Virus record (IMG/VR): IMGVR_UViG_3300010049_000009
Coordinates: 192,001 to 256,000 of that record
DNA: 64,000 nucleotides
Strand: one strand, 5' to 3'
Source of the DNA: a virus
Taxonomy: Duplodnaviria > Heunggongvirae > Uroviricota > Caudoviricetes
Shown: positions 39,801 to 48,116 of the stretch, piece after piece
Numbering within the stretch: the first letter of the stretch is position 1
Layout: each line of letters begins with the position of its first letter
The notes under the pieces: generated by a model
The model's database searches: none
The model's input: the letters and a program-made list of their open reading frames with translations, nothing else
Told to the model about the DNA's origin: nothing
Made by a program: the position numbers and the translations under genes

Positions 39801-42800
39801 ACCTTGTGTTCCGGCTGATGTTAATTGTGCAGAACCTGCTTCACCCATTACGAAACCCATACTACTTCCACTTGTAACACTTGGTTTTCCACAAACGAAT
39901 ACGTTTATTTCTTTTGAAGCGTCACCACAAGGGTTAGTTACTTTCGCAGTAAATGCAAACTCACCAAATTCGGTAGGTGTTCCTGACACAATACCTGTTT
40001 CAGGCTCCATAGTTAATCCGTTAGGTAATGAACCGGCAGTGATTTCCCACATACCTGGTCTTGTACCTGAATAAACTAATCTTTCCAATCCTACGTTACC
40101 CATTACGAACTCCATATCACCGCTTACAACCATTGGTTTTTCGCAAATATGGATAGATATTGGTTGTGAGTTTTCACCACAAGGGTTAGTTATTTTTATT
40201 GTGAAACTATAACTACCTGAAACAACCGGTGTACCATTTACAATACCTGTTTCGGCATCCAATGTTAATCCTTCCGGTAATGTTCCGATAATTGACCACA
40301 ATCCCGCTGTTCCCGAAGACTCTAACTGCGCTGAACCTGCTTCACCTTTTACAAAATTCATTTCAGCACAACACAAGATTGTTGGTTTTGCACATATATT
40401 AATGTTTATTACTTTACTATTTTCACCACAAGCATTTTCAATTTTTGCAGTAAATTCAAAGTCACCGAATACGGTCGGAGTTCCGATAATAACACCTGTA
40501 TCAGCGTTGAATGTCAATCCTGTTGGTAATGTACCTTCGATACTCCAAACTCCTGGTCTACTACCTGAAAACTCTAATTGTTGTACCATAGGATTACCCA
40601 TTACAAGACCCATATCACCCGTCAAAACGGTTGGTTTAGCACAAATTGCCATAGTTATATTTTTCGTTGCTTCACCACAAGGGTTAGTAATTTTCGCTGT
40701 GAAGTTAAATCCACCTGCTACTGTCGGTGTACCACTAATTTCACCTGTATCGGTGTTCAATGATAAACCTTCCGGTAATGTTCCGCTTGAAATTGACCAA
40801 GTTCCTGCTGTTCCCGAAGAAGTTAATATCGCCGAACCGGATTCACCCATTACGAATGACATATGATTGTCGCTTGTAACTGTTGGTTTAGAACAAGTAT
40901 TGATTGTTATATCTTTTACATCCTCACCACAAGGGTTAGTTACTTTTATACTAACAACAAACTCACCAAATTCCGCTGTTCTTCCGGTAATTAAACCTTC
41001 GTCATTCATTGAAAGACCTGTTGGGAAAGCACCACCATCAAGTGACCAAGTTCCCGGTCTTGTGCCTGCGAATAACAACTGATGTGAAATTGTATCACCC
41101 ATTACTATATCCATATCACCACTTATGATTGATGGTTTTGAACAGATATATAATAAGATTGTTTTAATTGCTTCACCGCAAGGATTTTTGAATTTCACTG
41201 TGAAACTATGTGTTCCTGATACTGTTGGTGTTCCACTAATAACGCCGTCTGCACTTAATGACAATCCATTAGGTAACGATCCGTTATCAATTGACCAAGT
41301 ACCTTCTGTTCCTGTTGCTTCCAACTGAACCGAACCCGCTTCATTCATTACGAAATCACCGTGGTCACTTACAATATTAGGTCTTGCACATATTGTTATG
41401 TTTATAGTTTTACTTGCTTCACCACAAGGGTTTTTCACTATCAAAATAACGTCAAACTCGCCAAATTCGGTTGGAGTTCCACTGATAGTTTCATTTTCTG
41501 CGCTGAAAACTAAACCTGTTGGTAATGTTCCTTCGATAGACCACTCACCAGGTCTTGTTCCTGCAAATTGTAATCTATGTGTAGTTGCTTCACCCATTAC
41601 AAGTGTCATATCGTTAGTTACAACTGATGGTTTTGCACAGATAGAAAGATTGATAGTTTTGCTAGCGTCACCACAAGAGTTAGTAACTTTCACAACAAAA
41701 CTGTAATTACCTGATACGGTTGGTGTTCCACTAACCTCACCTGTAACTTCATTCAGACTTAAACCTGTTGGTAATGCACCACTTTCGATTGACCAAACAC
41801 CTTGTGTTCCTGTTTGTTCTAACAGCGAAGAACCTGGTTCGTTTATAACGAAACTCATATCACCGCTCATAATAGCGGGTTTAGAACAAGTGTTCATGTT
41901 TATATTTTTGCTTCCAACTCCACAAGGGTTAGTAACTTCTACTGTGAAGTTAAATTCACCAAATTCAGGGGTCATACCGCTGATTACACCTGTGTTAGGG
42001 TTCAATGCCAATCCCAACGGTAAATTACCTGCTACGATTGCCCAAGTTCCCGGACGACTACCTGTGAAACGCAATTGATGTGATACAGGAGTATTTTGTA
42101 CAAAGTCTAAATCACCTGTTACAACAACCGGTTTTGCACAAACATTAAGGTCCATTGGTTTGTTTGCTTCACCACAAGGGTTAGTTATTTGAACGGTAAA
42201 TTTATAACTTCCTGACGCAGTTGTCATTCCACTTATTTCACCGTTAGCACTCAATGTCAATCCTTCCGGTAACGCACCACTTATGATTGCCCAAGTACCT
42301 TCTGTTCCTGTTGCTTCCAATTGGAACGCGAATGGTTCACCAGCCACAAAATCAATATTATTACCACTTGTAATAACAGGTTTTGCACAAGAGAACATAG
42401 TTATTTCTTTTGTATCCTCACCGCAAGGGTTAGCAACTCTTACTGTAACAGCAAAGTTACCAATTTCGGTTGGAGTTCCGCTAACAATACCGTTTGTACT
42501 CATAGTAACACCATTCGGGAAACTACCGCTAACGATATTCCAACGACCTGGGCGACTGCCGCTAAATTCAAGTTGTTTTGACATCGGTACGTTTGCCAAG
42601 AACTCTATGTTACTTACAATAACAGTAGGTTCAGCACATACGAATATATTAATACTTTGAATTGCCTCACCACAAGGATAAACAACTTTTACAGTGATCG
42701 CAAAGTTACCCGATTCGGTAGGTACACCGCTGATTAAACCGGTTGAAGGTCTTAAAGTAACACCGTTTGGTAAATCACCTTCTACTGACCATCTTCCTAA

Positions 42801-45800
42801 TGTACCTGTGTAAGCCAATTGGAATGAAACTTCCTCATCTAATTTAAAGTTTATGTTATTAGCACTTGTAATTTGTGGTTTAGCACATACAAATATGTTA
42901 AATATTTTTCTTGCAACACCACAAGTGTTTGTCATTCTTATAACAACAGAGAAATCACCCGATTCTGTTGCAACACCGCTGATAACGCCGTCAGCACTCA
43001 ATGTCAAACCAGCAGGTAAAGCACCCGATAATACTACCCAAGTACCCTTTGTTCCTTCCGATTCTAATTGGTGAGAAACATTATCACCCATTACAAATTC
43101 CATATCTTCACTTGTAATAGCAGGTAATCCGCACACATATATAAGCATTTCTTTTGTTGCTTCACCACAATCATTTGTAACTTTCACGGTTATATTGAAA
43201 TCACCGAAAACAGTAGGATTACCACTGATTATACCTGTTGCAGCATCCAATGAAAGACCTGCCGGTAGTGTACCACCAACGATTGACCAAGTACCTTGTG
43301 TTCCAAATGAAGTTAATTGTTCAGAGTGTTGTTCAGTCATTACAAAGTCGAATTTACCGCTACTTGTAACTTCCGGTTTAGCACACACGAACATATTTAT
43401 TTCTTGTTCTTTTTCACCACACTCATTTATTGCTTTAACAGTAAAAGTAAAGTCACCAAACTCGGTAGCAACTCCGCTTATAACACCTGTTTCGGTGTTC
43501 AATTCCAAACCTTCCGGTAATACACCTTCTGAAACTTCCCAAGTTACAGGTTCTGTTCCAACGAATTGTAATTGAACCGATTTTGCTTCACCCATTACAA
43601 ATCCCATATCACTTGAACTTGTAATTTCAGGTTTTCCACAAATATCTATTGTTATAGGTTTATTGACGCTTCCACAAGGATTTGTCATTATAACTGTTAT
43701 TTTAAATTCACCGAATACGGAAGGTGTTCCACTAATTTCACCTGTTACACTGTTCAATGTTAAACCAGCCGGCAAACTACCTTGAACTGACCATACACCT
43801 GTTGTGCCTGATGCTTCCAATTGAATAGTTTTTTCTTCACCCATTACGAAATCCATATCACCACTCAAAATAGCGGGGAATACGCAAAGTGTAATAACAA
43901 CGACAACATCTTCGCCGCGTACTTCTACAACACCGTCTTCTATTTCATAACCTGTTTTTGTTACACTGTATTCGTGTGAACCGTCTGTCAAATGAGTAAC
44001 ATACGTTCCGTCATTATTGTTATTTACGATAAAATCACCAACTTTAACACTTGCATCTGAAACAGGTGTACCATCTTCCAATTTTATAATAAATGTTGTT
44101 TTTTGTGTTTGTTCTGCTTTTACATTAATAACTTTCGTTGCTTCACCACAATAGTTTTCAACTTTCACTGTTGCACTAAACGAACCGAATTTGGTTGTTG
44201 TTCCACTAACAACACCTTTGTTATCCATTTGGATACCCCAAGGGAAGTTACCTTCAACAACACTCCATCTTCCCGGTCTGCTACCCGCAAACATAAGTTG
44301 TTTTGACATTGGAGTATTTTGTAACACACTAAAATCACCTGTTATGATTTCAGGTTCGCTACATACGAAAATATTTATGTTTTTACTTGTTTGTCCGCAA
44401 TCGTTTGTTAATATAAGTTGAACGTTAAAGTTACCTGATTCTGTTGGTTTTCCTGTCAATAGACCGTCAGCAGTCAATATCAAACCTTCGGGTAATTCAA
44501 ATTCACTTGACCAAACACCTTTCGTACCATTAGATTCCAATAAAATGTGAACACCTTCATTCAACATTAAATTCATATTTCCGGCGGTAGTGATTTCGGG
44601 TTTTCCACAAATTGATACATTAATATCTTTTGTTGCTTCGCTACAATGGTTGGCGACCTTCAAAGTGAAACTGTAATCACCGAATACTTTCGGAGTTCCA
44701 CTAATTGTACCGTTTTCGCTATCCAAAGTTAAACCTTTTGGTAATACACCTTCGGAAATTGACCAAATTCCTGGTCTACTTCCTTCGTAACGCAGTTCAA
44801 CTGTTTTTTCTTCGCCCATTACGAAATCCATATCACCACTTCTGATAACAGGTTCAACACAGACAAATATACTCATACACTTTTCTACCTCACCACAAGC
44901 GTTTGTGAACTTCAAATTAAATTCAAAATATCCACCGGCAGTTGGAGTTCCGCTGATTACACCTGTATTTGGGTCTAAAACTAAACCTGATGGTAAATGA
45001 CCACCTGTAACTGACCAAACACCCGCTGAACCATGTACTTCATATTGCATTTCAACCGCTTTACCTCTTACAAATTCAGAGTCACAACCGCTGCAACAAG
45101 ATATAATGGTTGGTTTCATACAAGCACCCACACCCACTTCTTTAATTGCTTCACCGCAAGGGTTAGTTACTTTTATTTTAAGGTTGAAATCACCAAACAC
45201 TCTCGGTGTTCCACTAATAATACCTGTGTCAGCATCTAACGAAAGACCTTTTGGTAGTTCACCTTCGGCAACCGACCATTTACCTGGTCTTGTTCCCATA
45301 AATTGTAATTCGTGTGTCATTGCCTCACCAACTACAACGTTAATGTTTTCAGGAGAAACTTCCGGTTTTCCACAAATGTAAACTTTCAAATATTGGAAAT
45401 CTTCACCACAAGCATTAATCACTCTTATAGTACAGTTGAAGAAACCGAAAATTGTTGGTGTACCTGTGATAAGACCTTCTTCGTCTAATGATAATCCGCT
45501 TGGTAATCTACCTTCGGCAATTGACCAAACTCCGGGATTTCCGTAAGCGGTTAGTTGTACTTTTGCTTCTTCACCCATTACAAGTTTTACGTCATCATTA
45601 CTTGTAATACGTGGTTCAGCACATATTGTTATTTGAATATCTTTTTCTACTTCACCACAAGGATTGACCACTTTCAATGTAACGTGGAAATCACCAAATT
45701 GTGTTGAAATTCCTGAAAGAACACCTGATTTACCATTCAACGTTACTCCGGTTGGTAATTCACCATCTACAACCGACCAAGTTCCGGGACCACTACCTGA

Positions 45801-46481
45801 AAATTGTAGTTGTTCCATTATTTGTTCGTTATACGGAAGAACAAGATTAGAAGATGTTGCAATTGTTGGTTTTGCACATACGTACATATTGATTTTTTTA
45901 GTCAATTCACCACAAGGGTTAGTTACTTTTACAGTAAAATCATATTTACCGAACTCGGTGGGTGTTCCACTAATAAGACCATCCGAACCGATTGAAATAC
46001 CTCTTGGGAAAGTACCCTCAACATACGACCAAACGCCCGGTTTACTTCCAACAAAGGTTAGTTGTTCAGATATTTCTTCATTCATTATAGATTTAATATC
46101 TTTGCTAGAAATTTTACTTGGGGGTTCACACAATTGTACTGCCACATCTACGTCAGATACGGTTACAGTTACGTTTCCACCTTGAGAAATCATTCCAGGT
46201 CTACTAACATTAAATTGATATTCACCCGGAATAACATTCATTGCCTTGTAGGAACCGTCAAAATGGTTTACTATCTTTATTTTGCTTGATAGAATTGAAA
46301 TAGTGGCATCCGTTATTGGATTACCATCTAAATCAGATACGTAAAATGTTATTACGAAATCTATGTCGTTAATACTTTGAGCAGAATTGGCGACAACAAC
46401 AGGCGCATTATCGCTCACAACGCGAGAAAGCACACTGTATTTTTGTGTCGCATGACGATTAACAGAAAATTTTGATGCCAT
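30894..46481 (-). CDS. 5195-aa giant protein with ~49 tandem putative Ig (He_PIG-like) domains and carboxypeptidase-regulatory-like beta-sandwiches
   Basis: About 86-aa repeats: WSIxxGxLPxGLxLxxxTGxISGTPTxxGxFxFTVKxxNPCGE. Also 'PITDATI...DGxY...Y.VS..GY' domains. Confidence 0.93.
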   Translation of the reverse strand: MASKFSVNRHATQKYSVLSRVVSDNAPVVVANSAQSINDIDFVITFYVSDLDGNPITDATISILSSKIKIVNHFDGSYKAMNVIPGEYQFNVSRPGMISQGGNVTVTVSDVDVAVQLCEPPSKISSKDIKSIMNEEISEQLTFVGSKPGVWSYVEGTFPRGISIGSDGLISGTPTEFGKYDFTVKVTNPCGELTKKINMYVCAKPTIATSSNLVLPYNEQIMEQLQFSGSGPGTWSVVDGELPTGVTLNGKSGVLSGISTQFGDFHVTLKVVNPCGEVEKDIQITICAEPRITSNDDVKLVMGEEAKVQLTAYGNPGVWSIAEGRLPSGLSLDEEGLITGTPTIFGFFNCTIRVINACGEDFQYLKVYICGKPEVSPENINVVVGEAMTHELQFMGTRPGKWSVAEGELPKGLSLDADTGIISGTPRVFGDFNLKIKVTNPCGEAIKEVGVGACMKPTIISCCSGCDSEFVRGKAVEMQYEVHGSAGVWSVTGGHLPSGLVLDPNTGVISGTPTAGGYFEFNLKFTNACGEVEKCMSIFVCVEPVIRSGDMDFVMGEEKTVELRYEGSRPGIWSISEGVLPKGLTLDSENGTISGTPKVFGDYSFTLKVANHCSEATKDINVSICGKPEITTAGNMNLMLNEGVHILLESNGTKGVWSSEFELPEGLILTADGLLTGKPTESGNFNVQLILTNDCGQTSKNINIFVCSEPEIITGDFSVLQNTPMSKQLMFAGSRPGRWSVVEGNFPWGIQMDNKGVVSGTTTKFGSFSATVKVENYCGEATKVINVKAEQTQKTTFIIKLEDGTPVSDASVKVGDFIVNNNNDGTYVTHLTDGSHEYSVTKTGYEIEDGVVEVRGEDVVVVITLCVFPAILSGDMDFVMGEEKTIQLEASGTTGVWSVQGSLPAGLTLNSVTGEISGTPSVFGEFKITVIMTNPCGSVNKPITIDICGKPEITSSSDMGFVMGEAKSVQLQFVGTEPVTWEVSEGVLPEGLELNTETGVISGVATEFGDFTFTVKAINECGEKEQEINMFVCAKPEVTSSGKFDFVMTEQHSEQLTSFGTQGTWSIVGGTLPAGLSLDAATGIISGNPTVFGDFNITVKVTNDCGEATKEMLIYVCGLPAITSEDMEFVMGDNVSHQLESEGTKGTWVVLSGALPAGLTLSADGVISGVATESGDFSVVIRMTNTCGVARKIFNIFVCAKPQITSANNINFKLDEEVSFQLAYTGTLGRWSVEGDLPNGVTLRPSTGLISGVPTESGNFAITVKVVYPCGEAIQSINIFVCAEPTVIVSNIEFLANVPMSKQLEFSGSRPGRWNIVSGSFPNGVTMSTNGIVSGTPTEIGNFAVTVRVANPCGEDTKEITMFSCAKPVITSGNNIDFVAGEPFAFQLEATGTEGTWAIISGALPEGLTLSANGEISGMTTASGSYKFTVQITNPCGEANKPMDLNVCAKPVVVTGDLDFVQNTPVSHQLRFTGSRPGTWAIVAGNLPLGLALNPNTGVISGMTPEFGEFNFTVEVTNPCGVGSKNINMNTCSKPAIMSGDMSFVINEPGSSLLEQTGTQGVWSIESGALPTGLSLNEVTGEVSGTPTVSGNYSFVVKVTNSCGDASKTINLSICAKPSVVTNDMTLVMGEATTHRLQFAGTRPGEWSIEGTLPTGLVFSAENETISGTPTEFGEFDVILIVKNPCGEASKTINITICARPNIVSDHGDFVMNEAGSVQLEATGTEGTWSIDNGSLPNGLSLSADGVISGTPTVSGTHSFTVKFKNPCGEAIKTILLYICSKPSIISGDMDIVMGDTISHQLLFAGTRPGTWSLDGGAFPTGLSMNDEGLITGRTAEFGEFVVSIKVTNPCGEDVKDITINTCSKPTVTSDNHMSFVMGESGSAILTSSGTAGTWSISSGTLPEGLSLNTDTGEISGTPTVAGGFNFTAKITNPCGEATKNITMAICAKPTVLTGDMGLVMGNPMVQQLEFSGSRPGVWSIEGTLPTGLTFNADTGVIIGTPTVFGDFEFTAKIENACGENSKVININICAKPTILCCAEMNFVKGEAGSAQLESSGTAGLWSIIGTLPEGLTLDAETGIVNGTPVVSGSYSFTIKITNPCGENSQPISIHICEKPMVVSGDMEFVMGNVGLERLVYSGTRPGMWEITAGSLPNGLTMEPETGIVSGTPTEFGEFAFTAKVTNPCGDASKEINVFVCGKPSVTSGSSMGFVMGEAGSAQLTSAGTQGTWSVVDELPAGLTLNADTGLVSGIPTVFGNFVATVKVVNPCGEATQTLDIFICGKPTVTSGDMEFVMGEAASKQLLFDGSRPGTWSVTGNLPTGLSLNTATGVISGTPVEFGIFDVAVKITNTCGEDIKDITIFTCAKPTITSGSSMEFVMGEVGEAQLTSSGTQGVWSISGGSLPEGLTLNGETGVVSGTPAVFGNYKFSVKVVNPCGEATQDIDVFICGKPSVISGDMGFVMGEPSEQTLVFSGSRPGTWEIIDGALPTGFTLNGETGVISGTLSEYGVFPITVKITNPCGDDTKVVNITVCAKPTVTNTSDLNFVMNEYGAEQLTASGTQGVWTIMNGNLPNGLELEGESGIISGTPTVSGTYTITVKIENACGEDARTISIQICAKPEVTSGDMEFVMGEQHSEQMTFSGSRPGTWTIVCGELPTGLTLNPTTGEISGTPTEFGDFSFFVKIENHCGESTKELTIFTCGKPSVTSGSSMSFVMGEDGSAQLTSDGTQGVWSVIEGELPMGLVLDAETGEVYGNPMVFGNFKFTVQVENPCGEAVQNIDMFICGKPAVVSSPYMEFVMGEESSEQLMFSGSRPGTWTIVCGELPAGLELNGETGEIFGTPTVFGDYSFYVKIENPCGEYTKHIDMFVCGKPEVTSGNSISNFVMGEEGYTQLESSGTEGVWSLVDSELPAGLFLEEETGEIYGVPTVFGNFKFTVSVTNPCGDAIQDIDMFICGKPAILNDTEVDFVMDEYNELQLLFSGSRPGTWSLVENSIITYSDETPSLLPAGLSLNTETGLISGIPTEFGNFFFTVKIENPCGEDMKEFDLFICAKPVVTSPNTFETVFDDEISIQLENFGTEGLWSIADGSSLPTGLELDEETGEISGIPTVWGHFKFTVQITNPCGEATQEVNLFICKLPDITSEEFDFILNENSSQQLQFTGSRPGTWEITEGVLPNGLSLDSESGVISGTATEMGEFLFTVVLKNPCGEAEKEISIFVCGKPEVTNPGYFDYVMGDEINLQLTHFGTPGTWSIHEGELPVGLELDIETGLISGIAVEFGNFHLIVKVTNYCGEAYKPIHIFMCGLPNVLTENMGFVMGTQSEQQLLSTGTPGTWKIVAGTLPNNFTLNPNTGVISGTLTEFGDFPITVELTNHCGVATKEVHITVCATPTITSASELEFVMEGRISFQLTNDGTQGEWKIIDGTLPEGLRLNELTGEISGRPREFGDFTFTVKVTNPCGEDTQVINMFMCGLPIITNDHMDFRLNEAGSAKFEQDGTPGTWSIINGALPTGLTLNTETGEVSGTPVVSGHFHFEVKLENSCGEATRIVVIFVCQLPNIIGEIDNFYVVDDNVIQQFQFTGSRPGKWTVIEGELPEGLELDEETGVMSGVPTESGDFTITVQVENACGEATKEVNFTVCLKPTVITEDIEFVLEEESEVQLEVIGSEGTWSIAEGSLPNGLFITAEGVIFGTPTEFGEFSFVAKFVNDCGEDVKLINISICAKPEVQTTSLALVMDEEHPRELRFFGSPGIWSIVEGELPEGLELDEETGWVTGVPTEFGDFDVVVRLENYCGEHEIGLHIYVCGKAEVLTEGVEFVIAEENSQQLESFGTQGTWTITKGVNSWTDLPPGLSLNPETGEITGVPTDWNMFGEFTITVKVENSCSEDEKEIELFVCRKPEVTTNYLYGLLNNEYSANIQYEGTTPDYWSIVDSELPEWAQLEGYVYGLPEGLMLDEFTGEVSGTPLTFGNFLFTVKVENYCGEVEHTIHMFVCAQPTVITPHIEFVIAEENSQQLEAFGTKPATWSITKGVREWTDLPPGLSLNPETGEITGVPSDWAMFGDFTITVKVENSCGEDEREVTMFVCRKPEVTTNYLYTELGDEYSANIMFEGTIPHAWLIVDREIPADIVAAGGKKGLPQGLILDGETGNISGITEEFGDFYFTIKAENYCGDVEHMIHMFVCSPVDNVSEEEYEIIEGEEINIQLKNDGTPGVFEVFVGVLPTGLMLNQETGLISGIPEVFGEFTFTVRFRSVCCEVIEDITLIICGPPKIQYAGYIHAIMGEPRGGAFQHSGSPGTWSVEGTMPAGLTINSNGVLSGTPTGYGEYTVKLKVANDCGEDVIDLRFQIDAVHKIIFEVIDKRTREHIVDATVLCPELEIENIGGGYYITTLKNGTYPWDVSAEGYYPETGTVVADGDIPQDVEVLVELQPLTHELKFIVSEEGTNTPITDAIIEVVDSDPELTISLINHNNGTYTTFIKNGKYDWNVSKDNYDSVEGDVTIDHADEVVEVVLVKKSFLLTFDITAGGGDFFYKNYDISFNVSGQPVVDANIITTNIPNDIENNDDGTYEVEVLQGTYPYTIRKDGFIRHTGTTTISDTDVVVPIVIFPLTGVITIPDNRLVTVSNLGSFTATVTPSPPNPNGNTYRYVFSLRNKNTGAVLLTAASQTSNTWTQTDANMNVSARHNVPLEVCCTIFESTAADAITFVCEPITIWRLTTLSATLNIDGTTNQVNMWVDGPKDTFTAVCVPSGSMPPYEYTFFIRINNVIIHTVTQNSETHETPNTMIYKPTVGGLHQVSCEVRAMGVPFDVTGVSHVIAPGPSTYRNVQTAIMITAQIIPAATTIIEDTTIPGVCQAQNGFGGYRYRWGAVVPGGVGSINPHLSSDVWMLTQQTTWQTTTNALNVPSITQNVPDNRFNAEGKYILELRCFVSSANSGFNTIAPLEVEASRAYITIQRPPFNWKYTNDPEEAVDFVECSELGNTCNENWMGITILEDPSEWKPGAQITVSINAIGGTPTITYRRGITAIINGNPTAINVTGLSGALTDTTQTFSFIWPTANISSTNPSRIEALRIQCIARDSKNRLLDARIDLKNVMFNKLMGIITPAFVNGSNRDPDTNQILITPNENSTNIPGFRPGVNETRVYNIQEYGGQPVVLYNWKVSEIQDDGSLELISTFPQTSATTRNWRIPKTLADFETQLI

Positions 46482-46527
46482 AGTTATTATTATTTTTTTA
46501 GCCTATTAGGAACTATTATTTTTATTT

Positions 46528-46540
46528 TATAAATAAATAG
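46528..46540 (-). promoter_or_regulatory. putative late promoter motif (CTATT)TATTTATA
   Basis: About 47 nt upstream of the giant Ig gene start. Confidence 0.5.
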
Positions 46541-46637
46541 TATTGATTTATATTTTGAATGACATTAAAATCACAGTCACATTTTTAAAAATAACGGAAA
46601 TAAAGTATATTTACGATAAGAATAATAAAATAATAAT

Positions 46638-48116
46638 ATGCAATCACTTACCAATCAGGGGGTTAATACACCAAAGAGTAAAAAACCGGCTACGAAACCG
46701 GAAAGGGGTCTTTACGATGACGAATTTCAAAAAAGACTAATCAAAATTTTAATCGAAGAAAGAGATAAGTTCAAGAACGATATGCAGTATATCAATCAGA
46801 ACGCTTTCACAAACACATCATATAAATTAATATCAGGAACAATCAAAGATTATGTCTTTGAATATGATTATGTTCCTTCGTATGATTTACTAAACTCACT
46901 ACTATCCTCTAAAATATCTGATGATATTGATTTGGAATTAACATTAGAATCACTCAAAGAAATAAGAGAACTCGACAGTGAGGGTTTGGTGTGGGTTAGA
47001 AAAGAAGCAATAGATTTCTTCAAGCGACAGGAATTAGTCAAGTTTTTCAATATGCAATTGGAAGATTTGAAAAATGGTATTGACATAACATCGAGAGATT
47101 TACAAGGGGATATTGGAAAGATACAATCAATTGGAACACATGATACAATTTTCAGCGGGGTATATGATGATTTAGAAGAAACTTTTGAACCACAAAGCAT
47201 AGTCCGTATTCCAACCACTTGTAAAGAAATAGATGAGTATCTTCAAGGCGGAATTATAAAACCAAATCTTGTTGTTGTGGCGGCTGGTAGTGGTGTTGGT
47301 AAAACAACAATATCTAGTGCACTTGCTCATGGTGCAGCCATTTCCGATTTTAAGGTGTTACAGGTGTTCTTCGAGGATAAAGTACCCGCTATTAAACGAA
47401 AAATCTTTGGTGCAATAACCGAAATTGAAGCACGACTTATCAATACGGAAGAATATTCGGAAAGAGCAAAACAACTTGCTCTCAATTACGAACACAAAGA
47501 CCTTGTTAAGAAAAACATAAAATTAGCTAAATTTAGAAATGGTGAAGTAACACCAAATATGCTTAAACAATATGTGTTGGGGTTGATAAATAGTGGGTTT
47601 AAACCCGATATGATTATAATAGACTATTTTGAATGTATGGCGAATCCTATTGATAGAACCATACAAAATGAATGGAAGTTGGAAACCAAAAAAATGAGGG
47701 AAATAGAAAACCTATGTACCGATTTTGACTGTGCTATTGTTGTTACAACACAAGGAACAAAGGATAGTATGGAAGGTATGTTATTAACTATGAATAAAAT
47801 TGGTGGTTCGGCAGGTAAAGTTCAAGTCGGACACATGGTAATAACCCTAAACAGAACACAAAAAGACGCTGACGAAAATAGAGCAGAACTTTTTATCCCC
47901 AAAAATCGAGAAGGAAAAGCAGGTAGAATATTTAGTCTACATCTTAATAATGGTATACCAAAATTGGTAGTAGATAGTACCTTTGAAAGCATTGAAGTAC
48001 TTAAAGCAAAACAAAAACAAGATGCTCACGATATGCCGCCGCCCGAAGTTGAATATACAAAAAGGGCAATTGATAGAATAAATAAAAAATACGATAAAAC
48101 CAACGAATATGATTGA
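46638..48116 (+). CDS. DnaB-like replicative helicase
   Basis: AAGSGVGKT (Walker A), FFED, IIIDY (Walker B), TTQ, KNREG. Confidence 0.9.
   Translation: MQSLTNQGVNTPKSKKPATKPERGLYDDEFQKRLIKILIEERDKFKNDMQYINQNAFTNTSYKLISGTIKDYVFEYDYVPSYDLLNSLLSSKISDDIDLELTLESLKEIRELDSEGLVWVRKEAIDFFKRQELVKFFNMQLEDLKNGIDITSRDLQGDIGKIQSIGTHDTIFSGVYDDLEETFEPQSIVRIPTTCKEIDEYLQGGIIKPNLVVVAAGSGVGKTTISSALAHGAAISDFKVLQVFFEDKVPAIKRKIFGAITEIEARLINTEEYSERAKQLALNYEHKDLVKKNIKLAKFRNGEVTPNMLKQYVLGLINSGFKPDMIIIDYFECMANPIDRTIQNEWKLETKKMREIENLCTDFDCAIVVTTQGTKDSMEGMLLTMNKIGGSAGKVQVGHMVITLNRTQKDADENRAELFIPKNREGKAGRIFSLHLNNGIPKLVVDSTFESIEVLKAKQKQDAHDMPPPEVEYTKRAIDRINKKYDKTNEYD

Noticed and set aside
19647-46289. Many plus-strand ORFs of 60-220 aa opposite the three giant genes
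   Set aside because: Antisense shadows caused by codon bias and repetition; no motifs or plausible starts.
19499-46481. Diversity-generating retroelement acting on the LRR or Ig genes
   Set aside because: No reverse transcriptase in the window. The duplicated blocks are in-frame coding repeats, not a non-coding template with adenine-only mismatches. An RT elsewhere cannot be excluded.
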